Position numbers and translations under genes: made by a program
In this document: positions 37,574 through 47,689 of the stretch, piece by piece
Layout: each line of letters begins with the position of its first letter
Position numbering within the stretch: position 1 is the stretch's first letter
The notes under the pieces: model-generated
What the model was told of the DNA's origin: nothing
Seen by the model: only the letters and a program-made list of their open reading frames with translations
Database searches by the model: none
NCBI GenBank assembly: GCA_040954595.2
Contig: CM082579.2
Coordinates: forward strand, 10,467,625 to 10,531,624
DNA from: Balanoglossus misakiensis
Lineage: Eukaryota; Animalia; Hemichordata
Direction: 5' to 3'
DNA: 64,000 nucleotides

Positions 37574-40106
37574 ATGGTGGAAGCAAAGCGGGCAAAATAC
37601 GGCTGGATACTAGACTCAATAATGACCCGGATTCTAGGCATCGACTTCGCCCCGTTGGTGGTGCCTTGGCACCGGCGGCTGGAGACGCTGGCGGCCGCCC
37701 ACTATGTCTTCAGCCGCGTCGTCCTGTGCACGCTCCCCAGTGTGCTGGTGCTGTACCTCCTGTTCGCCACCTCCTACTACTGGCTGGCCCTTCTCTACCT
37801 CACCTGGCTGGCCGTGGACTGGCGCACACCCAGACGGGGAGGCCGGCGGGCCTCCTGGTTCCGCCACTGGTGGTTGTGGAGGTACCTCGCCAGATATTTC
37901 CCGGTGAAGCTGGTCAAGACGTGTGAGCTGGACGCCAAGAACAACTACATATTCGGGTACCACCCGCACGGGATCCTGGCCGTAGGCGGATTCACCCATT
38001 TTGGGACAGAAGCCACGGATTTTAGTCAACTGTTCCCAGGAATCAAGCCCTACCTCTTGGTTTTGAAGATCATGTTAGCTTTACCATTTGCTCACGATTA
38101 TTACATGCTAGCGGGTAAGTAAGCACGTATGTTATCAGTAAACGAAATATTACAGAGGCCAGGTTTACAATCAGAGTAATCCATGTTCAACCACCAGTCA
38201 CATTTTACAGTGTTTACCAAAAATTACATTTTATTTTTCTGAAATTGGCATCGTAGGGTGCTGCGATGTGAGCAAAGACAGTATTCGCCACATCCTTGAA
38301 GAGGAAGGCACGGGCAATGCAGCCATCATTTTGGTCGGTGGTGCCAAAGAATCGCTGGAGTCGACACCCGGCCAATGCAAAGTGCTTCTGAAGAACAGGA
38401 AAGGTTTTTGCAAGATGGCACTCAAGCATGGGTAAGGTTTGTTTTTCAGTTTGTGTAGTTTTCTGTACAGGCACTGAATGACAGTTCACGCATTGTACGT
38501 AATCACATTATAAGAATTGCATTTTGGGTAAAAGGTCGACACCTCTCTGTAGTAGGACCTTGAAGAAATGATATGTTAACTATATTTCAACACTTTCTTT
38601 GATCAAACATTTCTGTCTTTGTAGTTATATTAAAATCACTCTACTTTTTTTTCACATTTTGTTATTTTTTCAAAGTTTCAGAATGACCCATTGTCACTTT
38701 AGCGGCTTATGAAATTCCATTTCTTAAACATGGCAAAATTCGGCCATCTTGAAATTGTGTCGACCACATGAGATTTTCATCACTCACCTATAAGGTAGCA
38801 AAAACCTATTTGAGGTAGCTCGAGAGTTACATATTATCGTAAAATGTATAGCCGCCAGTTTAGTCCTAAAATTTTAGCTCTCGTAGTAACATACGTGAAC
38901 AACCGTTGTGCCGTTTCTGTCTGTTTGTCCGTCCCACTTCCAGCCTGTCTGTCAGTTGACATGATACGATCATTCAGAAATTATCATTTTCTGTCAATAA
39001 TCGAAGTCATGACCCAAAAATTAACAACAATCTGACAAAAGCTGTCGACCATTTACATGTATGTAAATTTACCAGACTCACAGCCCTTTGTACTGAGGAC
39101 CCTATGTTTTCTAATTACCGGTTCTCTTCACCAACACAACGTTATCAACTCACTGTCTGGACGTACAACATATGTATACCCATTTCTCTGCAGTGCCCAT
39201 CTGGTGCCCGTGTACTCCTTTGGCGAGGAGGAACTCTACACAAAAGTGGACAATCCCACGGTCAGGAAAATACAGAACACGCTTAAGAGCTTGGTGGGCT
39301 TGACCATTCCTGTCTTCCACGGGCGTGGATTTTTCAACTACAATTTCGGACTTCTGCCTTACAGGCGAGCCATCAACACTTTTGGTAAGTTTCCAGTAGA
39401 CTGCGCCTATCTGCTTCAGGACGAGACATTTAAGAGTGAAGACTGTGAAGTCCAGAAAAGTGAAGCAGAAACGGTTGTCTGCTATAATTGTTAGATGACC
39501 TGAATGAATTCTGGCTACCATACATTGTACTAGGTTTTTACTTCGCGCTGAATTGAACTCTATAGGTAAAGGGTCGACAACTCACTGTAGTATAAAGAGA
39601 GAGAATAAGTGATGTGTTGATTGTATTTCATGACTGCCTTTTTAGTTACATTCAACTTTTTTTTCAAATTTTTATTATTTTTTCTGTTTCAAAGTATCAG
39701 TTTAGCTTATGACCTTCCATTTCTTAAACATGGCAACAATCGGCCATCTTGAAATTGTGTCGACCATATGAGATTTTCATCACTCACCTATAGGTAGCAA
39801 AACCCTATTTAAGTTATGGAAAATTATATTGCCCCCTTTTATTGCCCGTATCACTTCAGATAAGTGAGTGTTTCGATGGACCGTACTTTCCTTTTATTGT
39901 GTTCAGTAAGATGGAAGTGTATATCACTCTTGTTTGATCTTTGCTTTGCAGTGGGTTCTCCGATTCCAGTAGAGAAGGTACCGGAACCGACCAACGAAGA
40001 GTTGGACTCGCTGCATCGCCTTTACATTGAGAGACTCAAGGCTCTCTTCGACGAGCACAAAGTCAAGTTCCCAGAATATGCTAGCAAAGAGATCATCTTC
40101 ATATAA
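37574..40106 (+). CDS. DGAT2/MOGAT family acyltransferase (2-acylglycerol O-acyltransferase-like), 4 exons, about 353 aa
   Basis: Exons 37574-38114, 38257-38431, 39194-39384, 39952-40106, all GT-AG. Motifs FAPL...RRLET, TPRRGGR, YFPVKL, NYIFGYHPHG, VGGAKESL, RKGFCKMALKHGAHLVPVYSFGE, GLLPYRR, VGSPI, LFDEHK. The start could instead be the ATG at 37622. Confidence 0.93.
38520..38830. repeat. Dispersed repeat family (also about 39560-39815 and 52640-52925)
   Basis: Shared gtcgaca..c.ctgtagta ... ccatttcttaaacatggcaa..atcggccatcttgaaattgtgt ... gagattttcatcactcac. Confidence 0.8.
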
Positions 40107-40717
40107 ATTACGAAGCGCATCATATCGCGATGATCACTCGCGATAACAGGCCATTCAAAAGTCTCTTCTTCATTCCACGAGACCTCGTTTCCTCTCTGCC
40201 GGGACTGCTTCAACTTCAATTTCATTTCAATGTCTGCTCAACAATTTTGTTTACAGTGTCACATTTGTAGAAATATATTAAATAAAATATTTATTTATTA
40301 CATTATTTAAATTTTCTCAGAGTGTTGAAATACATACACCTTAGCCACCAATACTATTTGATCAAAGTACATATACTAGTACATGGAATTTACGCGACAA
40401 TAATAGTAACACAAATTAATATGTATAAAAGAGAGTTTTCCTACATGTAGCTTGCTTGAAACATGTACAATGATCACAATGAAAGGATAAAAGGATAACA
40501 AAATAACAAAAATATAGAACGAAAAGGTTAAAAACAAACAGATCATTAAAAAAATCTAATCAATACAGTAAGCCAACTTAAAAAGGTATGTCTTAAGCAT
40601 TGTTACAAGAACAAATATTCACTGGAAGCTGGTTCCATAAAAATGGGGCTGCAGAACAGAAAGCCCTATCACCATGATACTTGTTTGTATCGGTAATGAA
40701 ATGTATGATTAAATTTA

Positions 40718-43700
40718 TTACTTATCAAAACTCTGTGTCGCCAGATATTCCACACCAACCTTAGAATTCCATGTTTTTGAATTTTCAAATCCATTCTTTC
40801 CTTGTGAGTAATCCTGCCAGGCCTGCTTTGCTTCTTCTTCTGTAGTCATAACAAACGAACCTATTAAACAATTAACATAACTTTATTGATCAAATTATCC
40901 TTGTCGGTCGACTGACTTTGCTCTCTCCCTCTCACTCACTCACACACACACACACACCGTGACCAATATTTGCTTGAAATACTGTGTGAACACAACTCCC
41001 AGTGGTGTGTGTGTGGGCCTGTATTTATCTGTGTCTGTCTGTCTGCCTATCTATCTTAATATTGGGTTTTGTTTTTCCCTTGTTTATTCTTCGATATTAA
41101 ATGACGTCAGACGCGCTCTGGCGGCAGTTACGTAGGCATTCAAATTTCCAGATGACGGGCAACTTCAACAACGTGGTCCAGACGAAGACTGTGCAGACGA
41201 AATGCCATGAGGCTGATGAGGCACCATACCTGATACATGTTACGTGTTTGGTGGTTCTAAAGTAAAAACATACTCGGAAAAACTTTTACTGGATGTCGAA
41301 ATATTGCTTGCCCGTCATCTGGAATTGACTACATTGTGGGTCACATGGCCAGATCACATGATTGATAGTAAAGAATATGAATAAGTTCTCCAAAATCCTT
41401 CATTCATTGAATGTCAACTGATATCAGTGCCAAGATCTTTACCTTCCCACACAACTGGTTCTTTCAGAGGTTCACCAGCAATCAGGACAAAGTGGCACAT
41501 TTTGGAATCCTGAAACAGAATTTACACAGTATAGTTTAATCCTTTCACCCCAGCAAAATCTATCACCTTTAATGTTGCTGTGTACTGTTGTCTGCCAGCT
41601 GTTTTTAAGTGTCCACTGCACACGACCGGCAATGCCTGGCCACAAGCTTATACCATGGACGTCCATGCTTATACTAACACCGATTCGACACTTGTCAGTT
41701 TTTTATCATTCTTTTGTCAGTATTTTACAAAATATATGTGTGAAATCACTGAATGAAAGCCTCGAGTCGACACTTAGTCGTCAGTTTTTTATCACCTTTT
41801 TAATTTGCCAGTATTTCCACAGTCCCCAAAAGAAACAAAACACGCGTGTCTTTGTTGGTGGACAAGTACATGTACAAGGTTGACTGCCATGACAGGAACT
41901 TGTTCTGAGGTCAGAATCGAAACAAGAAAACCGTATATGACTCTAATAATAGCTAGACACAAAAATCTTGCTATAAAATGCACAGGAAACCATTCCCCCC
42001 CCCCCCCCCCCAGCAAAAACAACGACATGTCAACAAGTTGTAAGGAGTAGAAGAAGAAGAAGATTCAAATACTTGCTTTGTTTTCTGCCTCAATAAAGGT
42101 GCCATTGCTGAGAACCAGTGTACAATGCGTTTCCCCCAACACCATCTTTGATGCCGGACCTATGCAATAAATCATGTCAAATACAATTACGTTACATACT
42201 CTGTCCTTTTTGTATCAAACTTGATCTCCATGAAGTCAGCGGATGACGTGTTTTACGACGAAACCTGTCTAAACTGAAAACAAAAGGGACAGCAGAAATT
42301 GTTCGGTTTGCAGAGGTGTCTGGTTTATAGAGGTTCTTTTAACACGAGGTTCTATGTGAAAGGGACTGAAAAATGTCTTTGGTATAGACAGGTTCCAGAT
42401 TAGACAGGGTTTGGTGTACTAGATTTGAGAGAAACCAGTTCAGTTATGGCACATCATGGCAGTTTACTAGCACATGTACAAATTCTATTGCCATGGTTGG
42501 CATCAATCAAGGCAATTATAAAGATCGTGTCAAATAAAAGCTTGGCATGATGCTTTTCTAGATGCAAACTTAAAATCTCTTTCTGAAGACAGAATGTTGT
42601 ATATCGGAAATGAAAACTATTACCAAAATGACACTTTCCAGAGAGCACATAAACAAATGCTGTCCAGTCTTGAGGAATGGCTTGTTTCAGTTTAGCACCC
42701 TGTTTTAGTTTGAAGTCCAGATACATTGTTGGTGTCCGGGTCCTCACTTAAGACTTTGAATAGGGGAATATGAAAAAAATATACGAACAAATATAAAATA
42801 TTCTCTCCCTATGATACAATGACAAAAACAGTGCATACTTAGGACAAGCATCTGTGCATAATCATGCTCTCAGAAAAGTTTTGACCAAAAAATACTACAC
42901 ATACTGTCATTTTACCAGATTAAATCTGATAGTCACTTGTTAAGCCTCATGAGCTGCAACTCGATAATTTTTGAAGCTTTAAATAATCTCTGATTTATAA
43001 ATTGGTAGTCAGACAGACAGACCAGAGACGAATGGATGAAAATGTTTTAATTTGGATTTACTAAAATCAAAAATGGTCCCAAAAACAGAAATAAATTCCA
43101 AAATTGAATACCTTAACTCCCATGGACTCTCCGGCGATAATTTTAACCGTGATCCCATTCTTGTTGACTTTCGGTATGTCTTTATCTGCCAATTCTTGAT
43201 ACTGAGGATCTATCATCTTATGTTCTTTGCCAAGGTTAACCCAGAGCTGTAGACCATGAGCCTCACTTTGGCCAGCTGGCATTTCTGAATGAACAATACC
43301 TTTACCTGCTGTCATCCACTGAGTCACCAACCACCCAACAACCAAACAACAAACATAAAACATGGGTTATATATATTTCAAAATTTTTCATGTTGACTGA
43401 GGAATCTGCAATGTTCTCCACTAGGGCAGTGCATATGTACGTGGAATAGAAGTTTAAAATTAATTCAAATAAAACACTAGCATCATTTGAAAAAAGGCAG
43501 TACACTTTTTCGCACTTTCATTTCCTTTCACTAAAACATTTGATGAAACATACGAAATCAAAACATCCCCCCCCCCCCCCCCCGCCCCTGTGGTCTTCAT
43601 TCTGTGCTCTCTTTGGTTTATTATTGTTAAGAAAATACTCCAGTATGATGCAATTTGTGCTGCTGTCTTCCAATGTGTTAATTGTGAGTGAGAAACACAG

Positions 43701-44906
43701 TATCTAAGTCAAAAGTAATTATTCCTAGCCGGAATTTCAAATTGTCTGTCTAGTAGTGCGCAAATCACAAATATAAAATCTTTGAATCAACTTTGCAACA
43801 AGCCATTCCACTTTTGTAACTAAATTAATAAATACCAGTTACCTGCAGATCTCCTTTATGTATGGTCCCTTCATGTCCAAGGAAATCTTCATGTGTAACA
43901 GCACCACTCAACATGTACGTCACCTTCAATAGTAATCATGCTACCTTGAGAAATACTGTAAAACACTTTATTTTCACGAGCAATACATTTTTGCGAAATA
44001 CGTGAGAGCCAAAATAGCGTGAAAATAAACAGTCGCGTAAATTCTTTTGAAGATAACGATGCAGTGAATGAAATAAGAGAACACGAAAATTAATACTCAA
44101 GAAACAGTAGCCTCTCTCGATATCGCAAAAATTTCTACTCACGAAAATTAAGTGTTTTGCAGCATTCAACAATGTGTTGTTGTTTTTTTATATGTGTGTA
44201 TTGCTATACACCCTAGGGTAATGTCGTCTCCCACTGAGATAATGCTGTCAATGTCTAGAGTTCCCCTTACAAATTCGGAACTTCTAAGAAATTTGACACA
44301 CATACTTACAGTTTCAAATCCCCGATGTGGGTGATCAGGAAATCCAGCAGGCTGTTTCACTTTAAATTCATCTAAAAGTAGGAATGGGTCAAACAACGTG
44401 TGATCAAGCTATAAAATAGAGGATGGAAGAATTTATTATGAATTACTCTTTTTTGCCAAGTACGAAGGAGAACATGTCATCTGATTCCAGTTCAGGTATA
44501 ATTTACACATTGGTACATGTAAGTGTACTGCAATGGTTGTAGCGGGTGCTGCTAGGTTGACTGGTGTGTTGGGGGGGGGGGGGGGTGTGTGCAACCGTGG
44601 GGTTTTGAAATTTTATCGGAGGTAAGAGTTTAACGCCGCAACTGAGCTGACAACAGAAAGTTGATTGGCAAATTACAAATAAGGCCTTGTAGCGGTAGGG
44701 CTGCGAACACACCACAGTCAACCTAGCAGCAACCGCTACAATCAGAGACAACTTGCAACTAAGTATAATGACACCAAAACGTCAAAAGAGTCACTTTGAA
44801 AGTTTGACCTTACCTCAGGTCTCCCAATACTTCTTCTCACCATTGCTCCCAAGCCTTCCTCCGTTTCAACACTAAAAACAGACTTTTCCACATTTCGTGA
44901 CATCAT
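40718..44906 (-). CDS. PIR: Pirin (iron-binding bicupin), 8 exons, about 300 codons, apparent nonsense codon in exon 5
   Basis: Exons (minus): 44814-44906, 44310-44408, 43843-43923, 43112-43318, 42624-42753, 42077-42159, 41443-41509, 40718-40860. Motifs VRRSIGRPE, DPFLLLDEF, GFPDHPHRGFETVTYM, HEDF, LQWMTAGKGIVHSEMP, GLQLWVNL, TRTPTMYLDF, FVLIAGEPL. TAA at 42748-42750; GC donor at 42075-42076. Confidence 0.92.
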
Positions 44907-45140
44907 GAACTCAAAATCATGCTCGTTGCCACCGACTCGTTGCTAGACGCTAATTTGTGGCGTCTGCAGTTACTTCCGGTCCCGGGCCCGGTCGGGATGC
45001 ATGATGGGATCACGCAGCTTATTCCCGGGGGTGTCAAGCCCGTAAGTTTGGAATTTTAGCCACCCTGAAGTCGTTTATATTTTCAGGTTAAACGCATTGA
45101 AAGCGAAATATAGTCGAACGACAGTTTGATGAAGGTAAAG
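44907..45140. promoter_or_regulatory. Probable bidirectional promoter between pirin and the GH27 gene
   Basis: Head-to-head genes; CpG-rich patch with the ETS-type motif acttccgg at about 44972. The GH27 ATG is preceded by a splice acceptor (tttcag at about 47666), implying an upstream non-coding exon whose position is not established. Confidence 0.4.
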
Positions 45141-47689
45141 ACGAAGAATGTGCTGTATCTCAACGGCTGATTTTAATTACAAGCGAATAGTAGTTCCCCG
45201 GGGGCAGTGCCTATTGTCCAAGAGAGGTCATTGGACCTGCGAGGTCATATTTATTCACGAGGTCATGAATGTCACCTGACAATCAGATGCATCTCACATG
45301 ACTTGACAACCCGCACACTTTTGTACACCCAACTTCAAGGATCATCGCCATAAAGACATGGAATGTTGATTACATGGACACAGTGAGTATATAGCGTGAA
45401 AGACACTGCGAACGTGTTCTGAGCAATATCTAGAATTCCAATATCCTGATACGATCACGTTCGTAATTTTAAAAACCCAACTAGTGAACTGGTTTCACTT
45501 CAGCGCTGTCCCCGGTCACGCCCCCTCCCAGCCCAACCATCTTTACTAAAAATTCACCTCTTCAGAGCAGTATCTTCTAACAGTCAGCAAAATAAGAAAA
45601 AACCGAAACACAGTTTCGCCATGGTGGTCCAAATCCATTGTCTAAACTTGAAACGGGGATGAAAGCACAGGTGCAGGAATCACACTGACTGTAGCCCGAT
45701 TCAACATTTCTTATTTACATTACACGGTCTCCACCACAGCCCTGCAAGGCTCCATAGACAAAACTGGTGAGTCTGTGGTCCATATCCGAACCGCAGCTTT
45801 TGGCCAAAATTCGATACCTATCGGGGGGGGGGGGGAATCCTTTCCCTGTCTACTTCTAGTTCTACTCACCAGTTTTTAAGGTCAATATTTATTCACAATA
45901 TCCTCAGTGTGTCGTGTTTGTTGCTGTTTGCATTAATTGAAGCATTGTTGGTTTTTCAAAAATGAGTTATTATACAAAAGCCATCTGCTTGCCACCTGTG
46001 TTGTTTTGCAAATAAATCTGATGAAAATCATTATTTTCTTTGTCCTTCTGGCCTCAAGGATGCAATTAAGAATTAGTATTCGTGAAAGACATAAAACCAC
46101 AGAGCGCTGCATGAATACAAAATTTTACAGGTATCATATCAATTCTCAAATATGTGCAACATGTATATGCAATCCAGAAGACCTGAAAAGGGATTAACTA
46201 AGGTTAAATCATATTTGCAATGGGAGAGGTATACCAGGTTCACACACGAAAAAATTTGAGACACTATTTGCCTATGGTAAACACAGAGCATTAATCCTTT
46301 GAGTCGCTTGTGGGGACAAACAAAGTTTGTGTATAGGCGCTGAGGCTTCGCCCCATAGACAATGGGTTGCTGAGACCGGCTCAGGTCCGGCCAGCAAAGC
46401 CGTCTCAAATCAGAACCTCTATACACCGCCCACACATGTTCAAAAGACAGTATCTGATCTGAGACGCTTCAGAAGTGTGTGTGACCCCCATAGTATTGAG
46501 AAAGTATATGTCGAACTGCTGTTGATGTCAATAAACGTACAGGATTTCTTAACTAGCAAAAATTACCATTCTCTATTCATCTGATTAAGTGTATTAGAAA
46601 CAGTTTGCCTGGAATTGCTTAAAAGTTGGACTGTAAGGTGCAGTCATATGAGGGCATAGGTTGGAAGTATGGAGCGCCCTCGTGCGACTGTATCTTACAG
46701 TCTTCTTAAACGTGATCAAGGACTAAAGCTGAATGTAACTTTTCAGACGTAATCAAAGTTCTGAATAGAATGACAAATGAGAAAACTTTGAGATCACCCA
46801 CAGTTTGACAATCGTATTGTGTGGCAAGTAAAGTATGCCTGAATATGAGAAAAATGTTGGTAGAGGCATGTTCACTAATTTCATGGTCACACTCATCAGT
46901 ATCGTTCATCATATGCACAATATGACAATCAGTTCAATTATTGTCATTGTTCAATTTTATGGAAAGATCTCATTGCAGGTACCCTGGTTTATCAAAGTGT
47001 GACACTGTGATTACTTCTACTGACTGGTAGAAATTTTTGTGAATTACATCCATGTACAAAATCATGAACCATGTTTCTAGACTATGCAGGTATACATCTA
47101 GATGTAAAGTTCCACATGAGGACAACTGCCAGAGTATCCCAAATTGACATTGTCTGTCTCTATGATCTCAGTTTTGCACGTCATCACAAAGAAGAAGCTG
47201 ATAGCTGATAATTTGGGCATAAAACACTGTTCATAGCAGTGTCCATCCATAAATTGGCCATGAACAATTTTTATGCGGATTTAGCCTAATGGTTTTCTAT
47301 GCATCTCAATTAAATTGTTGTTGAAGGTCTGAGTCAAAACTTAAATACAAAAAAATACAAGTTGATTTCCAACATTGTAATATTTTCTTTTAGCGGTTTT
47401 CATATATGTGACATCCTTTTGAATTGGATATTTTCTTTATATGCTGGATTGATAATTTTGTGTGTGATTATACATGTATTATTGTATATGAACGTGTTTG
47501 TGTTTGTGTTTGAATATCTGAGCTTTTTCAGCTATTCAGTAGAAACTTAGAAACTTGTCCATTTTGCAGCTTTCCATGTAATGGGCTGTAAAGATTGAGT
47601 TGAAATTAATTAAATTAACACATGATTGAGTATACTATCAGATTATTTTGCATTGTATATTTTCAGGTCTATACTGATCATAAGCCATC

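Noticed and set aside
4490-40106. Retinoid metabolic gene cluster (oxygenases plus a DGAT2-family acyltransferase acting on retinol)
   Set aside because: Some DGAT2-family enzymes esterify retinol, but nothing in the sequence indicates that specificity and an unrelated gene intervenes; too speculative.
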